Source: Pecten maximus (Eukaryota). Taken from it: a stretch of 64,000 nt of DNA. The translations under genes and the position numbers were made by a program. This document shows, piece after piece, positions 51,600 through 64,000 of this stretch. The notes under the pieces are model-generated. The model worked only from the letters and a program-made list of their open reading frames with translations. It was not told the origin of the DNA and searched no databases. The stretch covers positions 45,818,001 through 45,882,000 of the forward strand of contig NC_047017.1 in NCBI RefSeq assembly GCF_902652985.1, given 5' to 3'. How positions within the stretch are numbered: position 1 is the stretch's first letter; each line of letters starts with the position of its first letter.

Positions 51600-52541
51600 C
51601 CCTGTAGGTAGAACTGTGGTCAGTGTCCCTGTCCAGCGTGAAGTTGACCAGCCCTGTAGGTAGAACTGTGGTCAGTGTCCCTGTCCAGCGTGAAGTTGAC
51701 CAGTCCTGTAGGTAGAACTGTGGTCAGTGTCCCTGTCCAGGGTGAAGTTGACCAGTCCTGTAGGTGGAACTGTGGTCAGTGTTCCTGTCCAGGGTGAAGT
51801 TGACCAGCCCTGTAGGTAGAACTGTGGTCAGTGTCCCTGTCCAGAGTGAAGTTGACAAGGCCTGTAGGTAGAACTTTGGTCAGTGTCCCTGTCCAGGGTG
51901 AAGTTGACCAGCCCTGTAGGTAGAACTGTGGCCAGTGTCCCAGTCCAGCGTGAAGTTGACCAGCCCTGTAGGTAGGGCTATGGCCAGTGTCCCTGTCCAG
52001 GGTGAAGTTGACCAGTCCTGTAGGTAGAACTGTGGTCAGTGTTCCTGTCCAGGGTGAAGTTGACCAGCCCTGTAGGTAGAACTGTGGCCACTGTCCCTGT
52101 CCAGGGTGAAGTTGACCAGCCCTGTAGGTAGAACTGTGGTCAGTGTTCCAGTCCAGCGTGAAGTTGACTAGTCCTGTAGGTAGAACTGTGGTCAGTGTCC
52201 CTGTCCAGGGTGAAGCTGACCAGCCCTGTAGGTAGAACTGTGGCCAGTGCCCCTGTCCAGGGTGAAGTTGACCAGTCCTGTAGGTAGAACTGTGGCCAAT
52301 GCCCCTGTCCAGCGTGAAGTTGACTAGTCCTGTAGGTAGAACTGTGGCCAATGCCCCTGTCCAGCGTTAAGTTGACCAGCCCTGTAGGTAGAACTGTGGT
52401 CAGTGTCCCTGTCCAGGGTGAAGTTGACCAGCCCTGTAGGTAGAACTGTGGTCAGTGTCCCAGTCCAGCGTGAAGTTGACCAGCCCTGTAGGTAGATCTG
52501 TGGTCAGTGTCCCTGTCCAGGGTGAAGTTGACCAGCCTGTA
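51600..52541. repeat. Minisatellite, 52-bp unit, ~18 copies
   Basis: Unit cctgtaggtagaactgtggtcagtgtccctgtccagggtgaagttgaccagc. Confidence 0.96.
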
Positions 52542-53080
52542 ACTTTTGTGTCTACCTGGGCTCTCTCAGGTCATTACCTTCTAATCTTATTTGTAGATGT
52601 GATTGTGTTGTTGTACCTGAACATTGGAGATGTTTGTTTCTTAGTGCACACTACAGACAGTGACAGGTATCAATCAATCCAGTCTGATTACCCTAATTAG
52701 ACAAGGTCTCTGATATGAAAGCCAAACACGATCTTCCCATTGCCAAGTGTTCTATCTTGTCGATTGTTTAACTGGTCCAAACATTGACCTATATAACATG
52801 AGGAACTCCTCAGAAAAAGGAAGAGTAGTTAAATATTATTGTCTTGTCATAATATTGACATTCAGACTTCCACTCAGACAACATTACATAAAATTAGCCT
52901 TTATATTCCGGTCAGGACGTCCAAATTATTAAACTATCAAATTAAAACAATAATTAAGGAAGTCAAAGATGTGTACAATAAGCTCGAGCCAATTACCACC
53001 ACTATAATTTCTATAAAACCAAGGTCATATTTTACACATGGTTGACCATGCTTCATTTGAACATAGCTTATGCTAATCAA

Positions 53081-53440
53081 AGAGGTTAAAGTATTAGGTC
53101 CAATCGAGGTTGAAGTAGGGTCCAATTGAGGTGGAACTAGGGTCCAATCGAGGTTGAAGTAGGGTCCAATTGAGGTGGAACTAGGGTCCAATCGAGGTTG
53201 AAGTAGGGTCCAATTGAGGTGGAACTAGGGTCCAATTGAGGTGGAACTAGGGTCCAATTGAGGTTGAAGTAGGGTCCAATTGAGGTTGAAGTAAGGTCCA
53301 AACGAGGTTGAAGAAGGGGCCAATTGAGGTTGAAGTAAGACCCAAACGAGGTTGAAGTAAGGTCCAAACGAGGTTGAAGAAGGGGCCAATTGAAGTTGAA
53401 GTAGGGTCCATTTGAGGTTGAAGTAGGGTCCAATTGGTTC
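53081..53440. repeat. Minisatellite, 22-bp unit
   Basis: gggtccaattgaggttgaagta / gggtccaattgaggtggaacta. Confidence 0.93.
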
Positions 53441-56189
53441 AAAATTGACAAAAGTTTCCTAGTTAACCCAAAGTGTTTGTAATTTTAGATGTACTGATTG
53501 TTATGCAATACTAGTACAGTCAACTAGATGAACTTTAAGGTCAAGTTAGGTTAGATACAGTCAACTATATTCAAAGTAAGGTCACAGAAAGGTCATGACA
53601 TCCAAGCTGGCCGTAATGATACTTTGAAAATGTTGAAAATTTTTGGGTGAGCCAAAGCCAATTATATATATAATCATGGATTTCTTGAAAAGAAACTTAA
53701 AGCTGTTGTCTGTATGTATATATATACTGTATGCATCAGCAATATGCCCATGCCCGGTAATCAGCTAACCCATATGTCTATCACTATTCCAATGTCATCC
53801 CTTTATTTTGAACTAGAATTTTGTAGTAGCATGCTCACTTAAGACTTGATACAGGAGACATCATGGTATGTATACGTTTTATAGATATTTCATTCACAGC
53901 AAAACAATCATTTGCTGAAAAGAAAAAGACAATTATGTTTTCCACCACAGAGCTGTCAACAATTGATTGTCAACAATATAAAAAACAATTCATCTCAGGC
54001 AGTCACATGGTCATGAAATCATAATGAAGAATACACATTTCTTTGTTTCTCTTCAACCATGTATAGAAAATAGTGATTTCAATTATACATCCAGGATAAA
54101 ACACACAAAAAACATGGACAAGTCTGCTAAACTTTCTCACACGATATATTCATCACAATCATCATGCTCAGCTGGGTAAAAAAAATTCTGATGAATAATT
54201 CTGTCAAAATATCTAGTTTTGACAGCCATTTGTAAATTTCATAATTAATAAGCGAGACAGATTCTGAAAAGATAGAATTTTACAATTTTTACGCTCAACA
54301 GAATTTAACAGATATTGTAATGATATACAAAGGCACCAACTTCAGGTTTGTATAGTGTCCACAAAAGCCTTTGTTGAGCTCATTTCTCTTGTCAAGTTTC
54401 ATTCCACCTAACTGATTTTTACCCGTAAGAAGATCGCATGCCATCACAGTTTGGCGAAAAAGCACCCAACCTAGCTAATCAACAGAACTCATTTGGACAA
54501 AATTCACTTCTATACAAAAGATTCAAATTTCTACTGGACCATTTAGAGATACAGCTAATAGAATTTAACACCTCAATGGATATTCTCAATTTTCATCAAC
54601 AACTTAAATAATACCATGGAATTTACTGACACAAGTTATTACAAGGTTTGATTGCAGACACGATTATTGAAAAAAGGTCACGAACTTTTGTCAAATAAAC
54701 CTTGTTTGTTTTTTCCTGACATATTGTTGCAATGTAAAATGAGAAACAAGAATCAAAACTGACACTAATTTAAAAAGCATCCCAGGTTTTACCTGTTAAA
54801 CTGTTATCATCAACTGGAAAACAATATTCCAATAATGTATGTGCTAAACTATTTTGAAACATTACTTGTAATGAAAAACAATCATTTTAAAAGAAATTCA
54901 AAGTAGATATTACTTTTTAAGGATTTTAAACTCTCTTTACTCTAGATTTCATCAGAATAACAAAACATACCGGTAACAATGCTTTTTCTTTGATTCTAAA
55001 AAATTCTTAATGTTTTATAAACAGAAATGAACAAATTCCTGAAGAGATCAAAGTTCAAATTCCTATAATAAAGCCATAGATCCGCTGTTGGGATAAGAAT
55101 TTAAGAATCCACATGCTTCCACATCAAATTGGATTGAAATCCCTTTAGAGCATGTACTGAAGTGACTGCTGTGACAAATTCATTTTATTTATTGAATTGA
55201 ACAACAAGTCTTAGAATTCATTAGCCATTATACACCATACACTAGCTATGGTGTTTAGTTAGCCTAATGGCTTGGCTTTCAGGGAGAGCCCCAGACAGAT
55301 TTAGGAAGGCCATTTCACCACGGAAACTTACATTATTTAGATGGCTGGAATCTGTTCTGTGAAGATGTATGGATTTGGGTCTGAATGGCATCTCCCTGGG
55401 AAGTCGTAATTAAGATTGGGAGAGAAGAAGGAGGATGGCCTGCCATTAAAATGTGGAGAGGAGCATTAAAGTTGATAACGAGGTGTGATTCTATCACCTA
55501 AACATAGAGAAATACAAACACATTTGTAATGTCAGATCTCCCGAGGCTGTTATTGAGACCAAATCTTGACCAATGACACCTGATCTGTTATTGACTTGTA
55601 AAGCTAACTCACACACTTGGAGAATACTTTTACATCACCTATTCAACTCCTACTGCCATTAAACTGGTAATCTGTACAGATAGAGTGCTTCCCCTTCTCC
55701 TCCCTACCTCTTCAATACTGAGGAAGTTATGTCAGAGTATTGATTCAGTCAAGTTTCACATGGTGACTGAGAGTGGTGCCCTCCCCCTTAACCGAATTAG
55801 GGGTCACAATGACCTTCACTTTTACTTTGGAACAGGTATGGTTACAGCACAAATCATTACGAGTTTTATAAGTCCTATTTACAAGGTCTTCATCTATTAT
55901 TCACCGTTTGAACATTACATTTCAATAGTGCTATCAAACCACTAGAACTCGGTGACCCTTGATCATGTCTGTTTATTAACAACATACAGAAATAAATAAT
56001 GTTCCTATCGCAAACTGTCACCTCTGGAAAAAAATTAAACAACATGATAGAAACATGCACAAAGGAGTTTAATTATGGTTTTATAAAGGAATGGTTTTAC
56101 TTCTAATTTTGACTACATTGTGTATAACTTCCTGATATATATAATATTGAACAATATAAATCTAAATTCTTGAACTGTATGCACTGATT

Positions 56190-56990
56190 GTTTTCTTGGT
56201 ACTGGGTATTGTACCAACGGTTCTCTTGGTCCTGTGTATTGTACCAACGGTTCTCTTGGTACTGGGTATTGTACCAACGGTTCACTTGGTACTGAGTATT
56301 GTACCAATGGTTCTCTTGGTACTGAGTATTGTACCAACAGTTCTCTTGGTCCTGGGTATTGTACCAACAGTTCTCTTGGTCCTGGGTATTGTATCAACGG
56401 TTCTCTTGGTCCTGGGTATTGTACCAACGGTTCTCTTGGTACTGGGTATTGTACCAATGGTTCTCTTGGTACTGAGTATTGTACCAACGGTTCTCTTGGT
56501 CCTGGGTATTGTATCAATGGTTCTCTTGGTACTGAGTATTGTATCAATGGTTCTCTAGGTACTGGGTATTGTATCAACGGTTCTCTTGGTACTGGGTATT
56601 GTACCAATGGTTCTCTTGGTCCTGGGTATCGTACCAACGGTTCTCTTGGTACTGGGTATCGTACCAACGGTTCTCTTGGTACTGGGTATTGTACCAACGG
56701 TTCTCTTGGTACTGGGTATTGTATCAACGGTTCTCTAGGTACTGGGTATTGTACCAATGGTTCTCTTGGTACTGAGTATTGTACCAACGGTTCTCTTGGT
56801 CCTGGGTATTGTACCAATGGTTCTCTTGGTACTGGGTATTGTACCAATGGTTCTCTTGGTACTGGGTATTGTATCAACGGTTCTCTAGGTACTGGGTATT
56901 GTACCAACGGTTCTCTTGGTCCTGTGTATTGTACCAACAGTTCTCTTGGTACTGGGTATTGTACCAACGGTTCTCTTGGTCCTGGGATAC
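56190..56990. repeat. Minisatellite, 30-bp unit, ~27 copies
   Basis: Unit ttctcttggtactgggtattgtaccaacgg, no indels; source of the QYPVPREPLV pseudo-ORF. Confidence 0.97.
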
Positions 56991-59900
56991 TACATTGGTG
57001 GTGCTCTTGGTAGTGGGATCATTGTATCAACAGTTTGATTTAAGTACTTGAGTACTGCACTGATTATTCTCCTGGTACTGAGGTAATTGATACTCACTCA
57101 AAATATGTCATTCATTAATTGCTAAACTACAAACCTGTTTAATTCAGTAATTTTGATTTTCAAAAGATATAACATCTACATCACTAAAAAACAGGCAAAC
57201 CAATTCAAGTACATGAAATACAAAATTTAAACACTTTCTAAAAAGTATAATATCGGTTACAGAGATGAGAGCGGAACTGATGTACATAAACACAATTTAT
57301 TGAGTTGTAATAAACAGAATACACACACACACCGATAAGTCACCGAAACCTCTACAACACAGGTTGTAACACTTCCTCAACAAAACTTCTGTCAAACAAG
57401 TTTTGCATCTATTTAATGAGAATTTCTCCCCGGTATTAAAGTAGAAAAGTTCTATGGTGTCGAAGCATTGCCAATTGTTCCTTCCGACTAGTAATCAAGG
57501 TGTCCATGATGTTTAGTACCAGATAAATGAAGGGATTTTTTTATTATGTATAGAGTATAGATTACAGATTCAAAGGCTGTACCTGCAATCGGAACTTTGT
57601 GGCCACTTACAGAGTAAGTAATTTTACGACGATGTGTCGCCCATTTAAAACTTCAACGTCTATTTACGACAATATTACAGCCTGTTAATTCCACATCAAC
57701 AGATCAAGGATATACGTACATTCACATTAAGTAAAAGGTGTAAATGTTAAAAAAAAGTATACATCACGGAATATAAATAAGAAGGTGCAGTTCGGCAGAA
57801 AGTTTTAATGGTAACGGCACACCTTAACACAAATATGATATTTACGTATTATGGCATGGCAACGTGAAATATACGCCCATGTAGGGACATCTGACACCAT
57901 CGTCACACTCCAAGCAGTGTCAAACCTTACAATTCAAAAGAGGTTGATTGATTAAATTCATTTACTTTAAAAAAAAAAGAAGAAAAATGACGGTTATTTC
58001 CTGGTTTTTATTAATTATGAAACGAAAAATAGATCAACTTCTGAATAATCATAAACTGAATGACCTGCATGAGCTGCTGTTGTTACTGGTATGACCAGTT
58101 TTGAAATACGATTTTTAATCTGAAAACAAATTGAAGTCGGTAAAACCAGCTGAAAGCGTTCATTAAAGGAGTTAACCACTGGTACCTTTTAACATCTAAG
58201 TTATATATAATTTGTAAAGTAAATTAAAGAAAATAACAAGTCTGTTAATGTGTAGTCCATAATCATCTTGGTTGATGAAAAAGCTCTGAAATATAGTTTT
58301 AAAATGAGGTCTGGGGGTCACAGCCCATTACAGGGACTGTAGGTGTGTATTAGCAGCTACTATCATTGACATGGCCACTAATGGTCCAAAGAGTTCCCTT
58401 TGACCTGTAAAGGGGAACATTCAACTATCACATACATTTATGAGACAGAGAGGTTGGAAATAAAATGAACAGAGTACCAATCATCTATAAATCTATAGCA
58501 AAGCCTACCCATCATGAAGTACTACAATGTATATGAAATTTTAATTGTGTTGATCTGGAGAGTCACTACAGTATAAACACAGACATTTTCACCTGTAGTT
58601 TCCTAAAGAGAAACTGAAATTCAGATAAATTCTCTTATAGAGAGATTTTAGTTTAAGGATGTAAATTACATTTCCTTTTACTGTGTGAGAATTTAGTCCC
58701 TTGATACTTTCCATTTATCTGAGCATAACATATGGGTTTGTGTATGTATGTCATCACTTCTTCCACAGCTGACAAATATGTCATCAATATACTTAGAAAG
58801 GAAATCTTTTGAAAATGAAGTACAACATAGATAGAAGAAAGTAACATACTTCCTTAAGGTAATTTCAACATTATTTACTTTTAAGAAATCTCTTACAAAC
58901 TGGTAGTAAACACTTCTACAACAAATTTCTATCAAATAATTCTAGTGTATTCAACCAGAATTTCTTCATTTTATGATCCCTGTCTAATCTATGATATGAC
59001 GTCACAGTAATGAATCATTATAAATGTATTATGTATATGTACAAAGAATGTATTTGGAGTTATATTAAGTAAACAGTTTATTTTTGATGTTGATTTGTAT
59101 TACAAGGCATGACTTAAATTTGACTACCTGTAACCAAACATCACCCATTTGTACCTAATAACACGTATTTTCAGGTTTTTAAAAATATTTATCTTTAATG
59201 TTAATTTAAAACAAAACTGTCATTGTTTAAACACAGATATGGGAGTTCTTATCATTTAAAGAAAGAATGAATGTAAAATACTTGTGGTGTAATAATAAAG
59301 AGAACTCATGTATTTATAATAACTCTGATCCTATCTAGATCAAGATTCATATTTCTCTATAGAAATGTAACATACCTGTGTGTATGTAACACTGGTTTCA
59401 CACAAGGCTGATTTTACTTGTGGTCACCTACCCTAACCACCTACAGACAGTCTGACGGTCAGAGTTCCCCTCTTTTGTTTCTATCCATTCTTTCTTTTAA
59501 ACATCCAGACTAAAATTCGTTTCTCTTGGGTCACCTATCTCAACAGCTATTGTTACATCTCCTTACAAATCTTGATAGCATTTGGTGAATTACTTGTGAA
59601 AACCACAAGTCTTGTCGTCTTAATATCAGAGATTCTCTCCGACCACAAATCTTGTCGACTTTATGCTAGCTAATGAATACTCTCCGACCGCAGATCTTGT
59701 TCAGAACTCATTCAGTTCATGCTTTTCTACACATATAGGACAGACTTGAATTATTAATATTCTTAAAATTGTTAGAGTTTAAACTAAATCATAAGTGACT
59801 TGTACCTGATCATTAAATAACAATAGACAGTATCCATTGAATTTTTTAATCGTGTCAATATTGATTTAAAAATTGAATTTAGTTGTAGCTGTGTAAATGA

Positions 59901-61257
59901 ATTGTGACCTTAGGAAAGCTGTCCAGCTCAGTTAGATGAATATATTGTTTATCTAACTCATTATGTAAGTGTAAAGGATCACAAGTCAAACAAAACATCA
60001 GGGTTTACAACTTTTTGAAACAGAATATTATACATGAAATCTGTTGATTTATTTTGTATAATTTTTTTAATGCTTTATCTTAGCTAAAAAAGTAAATCTA
60101 TTTCCCCTAGAAAATTTGTCTTGATTTGTAAATTTTGTGTAGTAAAATTGTCTGAGAATGTAATTTCTTGACATTTCAATTTTTATTTTTTATTTTTGTT
60201 GGAAAACTCCACATTTAATAACCTTAATCTGAAAACCAAAACATTCAATCTGGTGATATTGTGTAAAATGTGTATGTTAAGCTGTTAATGCTCCGAGACT
60301 AGGCCACAGCTTTCCGATCATCACAGCTGATTATAGCATTCCTATGGTCCTCATTACAATTCTCTGTTGGGAAGGAGAGTTCTTGGATAGTATCTATGTA
60401 AAGTTTCCGGTTTTCAATTATGATTTGTCAGGACAGAAATGGAAATGACTTGCAAAGTGAAATATGGGATATCAGTTATACATTAGACTAAATATGTATG
60501 TTATAAATGGAGGTCTCACCGATTAAGATTGTAAGATAAAATATACACATCACTAAACTTTAAACCTCAAAAAGAAAAATTCCTTGCATAATTTTTTACT
60601 TTAATTTCAAGATTTCGATTAAGATTTCAAATAAATAAAAAAAGTCTAAATACTGTATAACTGACAATGTGTAAATGGTATTATATTGATATTGATGTCT
60701 GATGACGACAATAGCCTCGTCACCGTTCCCACAGCTTATATATACACCGTTAGACAATCATATACTTATTGACTGTAATCAACATGCAAATCACTTCTGC
60801 ATAAAATTCTAGATTCTGTGACATTCTTATCAGGATATCAACAACAAAGATATACCATGCCTGGTTTACTTTGTTTGATTAGGAAAAGTTTTTAAAAATA
60901 TTAAAATGACAGAGGACACAATAAGTAAAATTCTCATTAGACAGAAATCCAATTAAATTGTCAGTTATCATCTTAACAGCTTCATAATTAATATCACATA
61001 TACAATTGTGGTTAGGTTGGCTTTCACTCTCTGCTGACCTTTCTACACAACCATACACAATTGAACACAAATCAGAGCACATTCTGTCATCACTCACCAA
61101 TTAATGGAAGTCAACAGCTCCTTCTTTATGTTATATTTTTGTGTTTATATCAATGTCATTGATTTTTTTTCTAAAACATGGCAACCAGTATATGAGTTCA
61201 TTGTAGTAGTTTTGTACTCTGTGACCTATTACAACTCATTTGTCTTTTACTGAGAAA

Positions 61258-61432
61258 CTTCATTTTTCTATTCCCCAGTAAAACTCCATTTGTCTATTCC
61301 CCAGTAAAACTCCATTTATCTATTCCCCAGTAAAACTCCATCCGTCTATTTCTCAGTAAAAGTTCATTTTTCTATTTCTCAGTAAAAGTTCATTTTTCTA
61401 TTTCTCAGTAAAAGTTCATTTGTCTATTTCTG
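61258..61432. repeat. 26-27-bp tandem repeat, ~6 copies
   Basis: Unit catttttctattccccagtaaaactc. Confidence 0.85.
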
Positions 61433-62066
61433 CTTCATTTTTATAGAAAACATGAATGAGAATTTAAAATCAAAATCAAACAATGACAAGAAGACATGAG
61501 GATAGTATCACCAATAAGATATCGTAATTAGTAAGAAACTGATATTATGTGTGTGAATACCTCCAGCTCCTACAGACCTCTCCTGGGAAGGTCTACATAC
61601 TATTGACCCTGTGATACAGAATTGTAACAATCAACCTCGTCTTTGTGGACGGTTCACATTGTCATTTGTGGTCATTAACAGACCAATTTGAAGATTATTG
61701 TGGTTTTTAATTTTGACCGACATGGAACATTTCAAAGGGATTCCCACAATAATGAATCTCTATATATAATGGTATAAAGGACAAAGTAGAATGTTCTGAC
61801 ACTGCTCCAAACTTGACTCCCGATGAATACACTAGTGATATCACACCTGTCTATTGTGACCACCTGTTGGTCCAGTCTTATGGTCTGTGTCACAAGAAAA
61901 CTAATGTATATAAATGATATAGATAATGGTCAACACTATCATGAGCATATATAGGTCACTTGTTCTCAATCTACACTTTAATTCGGTTAATGAGCCATTA
62001 ATGTGAATTTTCAAAATTGCTTTTTATTTATTGTTTTCATTTACTTATTTATTTATAAAAGATTTT

Positions 62067-64000
62067 CCTGTACAGTTCGTTTTGGTATCTCCTAAGATCC
62101 TCTACCCTGTACAGTTCGTGTTGGTATCTCCTAAGATCCTCTACCCTGTACAGTTTGTGTTGGTATCGCCTAGATCCTCCTACCCTGTAGTTTGTGTTGG
62201 TATCTCCTAAGATCCTCTACCCTGTACAGTTTGTGTTGGTATCTCCTAAGATCCTCTACCCTGTACAGTTTGTGTTGGTATCTCCTAAGATCCTCTACCC
62301 TGTACAGTTTGTGTTGGTATCTCCTAAGATCCTCTACCCTGTACAGTTTGTGTTGGTATTTCCTAAGATCCTCTACCCTGTACAGTTTGTGTTGGTATCT
62401 CCTAAGATCCTCTACCCTGTACAGTTTGTGTTGGTATCTCCTTAGATCCTCCACCCTGTCCAGTTTGTGTTGGTATCTCCTAAGATCCTCCACCCTGTCC
62501 AGTTTGTGTTGGTATCTCCTAAGATCCTCCACCCTGTACAGTTTGTGTTGGTATCTCCTAAGATCCTCTACCCTGTTGAGTTTGTGTTGGTATCTCCTAA
62601 GATCCTCTACCCTGTACAGAATGTGTTGGTATCTCCTAAGATCCTCTACCCTGTACAGTTTGTGTTGGTATCTCCTAAGATCCTCTACCCTGTACAGAAT
62701 GTGTTGGTATCTCCTAAGATCCTCTACCCTGTACAGTTTGTGTTGATATCTCCTAAGATCCTCTACCCTGTACAGAATGTGTTGGTATCTCCTAAGATCC
62801 TCTACCCTGTACAGAATGTGTTGGTATCTCCTAAGATCCTCTACCCTGTACAGTTTGTGTTGGTATCTCCTAAGATCCTCTACCCTGTAAGTTTGTGTTG
62901 GTATCTCCTAAGATCCTCTACCCTGTACAGTTTGTGTTGGTATCTCCTAAGATCCTCTACCCTGTACAGTTTGTGTTGGTATCTCCTAAGATCCTCTACC
63001 CTGTTCAGTTTGTGTTGGTATCTCCTAAGATCCTCTACCCTGTACAGTTTGTGTTGGTATCTCCTAAGATCCTCTACCCTGTTCAGTTTGTGTTGGTATC
63101 TCCTAAGATCCTCTACCCTGTACAGTGTGTGTTGGTATATCCTAAGATCCTCTTCCCTGTACAGTTTGTTGGTATCTCCTAAGATCCTCTACCCTGTACA
63201 GTTTGTGTTGGTATCTCCTAAGATCCTCTACCCTGTACAGAATGTGTTGGTATCTCCTAGGATCCTCTACCCTGTACAGTTTGTGTTGGTATCTCCTAAG
63301 ATCCTCTACCCTGTACAGTTTGTGTTGGTATCTCCTAAGATCCTCTACCCTGTACAGAATGTGTTGGTATCTCCTAAGATCCTCTACCCTGTACAGTTCG
63401 TTGGTATCTCCTAAGATCCTCTACCCTGTACAGCATGTGTTGGTATCTAGCTCCTAAGATCCTCTACCCTGTACAGTTTGTGTTGATATCTCCTAAGATC
63501 CTCTACCCTGTACAGTTTGTGTTGGTATCTCCTAAGATCCTCTACCCTGTTCAGTTTGTGTTGGTATCTCCTAAGATCCTCCACCCTGTACAGAATGTGT
63601 TGGTATCTCCTAAGATCCTCTACCCTGTACAGAATGTGTTGGTATCTCCTAAGATCCTTTACCCTGTGTAGTTTGTGTTGGTATCTCCTAAGATCCTCTA
63701 CCCTGTACAGTTTGTGTTGGTATCTCCTAAGATCCTCTACCCTGTACAGTTTGTGTTGATATCTCCTAAGATCCTCTACCTTGTACAGTTTGTGTTGATA
63801 TCTCCTAAGATCCTCTACCCTGTACAGTTTGTGTTGGTATCTCCTAAGATCCTCTACCCTGTACAGTTTGCGTTGGTATCTCCTAAGATCCTCTACCCTG
63901 TCCAGTTTGTGTTGGTATCTCCTAAGATCCTCCACCCTGTACAGAATGTGTTGGTATCTCCTAAGATCCTCTACCCTGTGTAGTTTGTGTTGGTATCTCC
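62067..64000. repeat. Minisatellite, 39-bp unit, runs off the window end
   Basis: Unit cctgtacagtttgtgttggtatctcctaagatcctctac. Confidence 0.97.

Noticed and set aside
36481-52541. CRISPR-like look of hairpin-containing 30-52-bp repeats
   Set aside because: Units are head-to-tail with no unique spacers, there are no cas genes, and the context is eukaryotic.
3257-63983. Long ORFs in the supplied track (for example 490 aa at 5689-7161, 341 aa at 22017-23042, 284 aa at 56113-56967, 315 aa at 62467-63414)
   Set aside because: All are translations of tandem repeats, open in several frames and on both strands, with no unique domains or splice context.

Overview
This is AT-rich animal genomic DNA, probably a bivalve mollusc judging from the repeat types (an inference). 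It contains no long real ORF. About 40-45% of the window is made of ~25 unrelated-looking minisatellite arrays with units of 15-52 bp, and these produce all the long ORFs in the supplied track, which are spurious. Two young mobile elements have inserted inside minisatellites, so their empty sites can be rebuilt exactly. (1) A 2,982-bp composite-like DNA transposon (24224-27205) has two apparently identical 460-bp direct repeats, each with its own 16-bp terminal inverted repeats, around a 2,062-bp non-coding interior, with one 4-bp ACAA target duplication around the whole unit; this matches KolobokP-type architecture and looks non-autonomous. (2) A 129-bp TGT...ACA element (5585-5713) carries a tRNA-Thr(AGT)-like Pol III cassette and a 4-bp CAAG duplication, resembling a solo LTR of a Helenus-type TRIM. 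Also present are a decayed CORE-type SINE, a minisatellite apparently seeded from a SINE tail, array pairs sharing a core in opposite orientation, and a probable minus-strand terminal coding exon (21076-21180) with a 3' UTR and poly(A) signal. A few weaker candidate exons lie 27-30 kb upstream. I could not identify the host gene.
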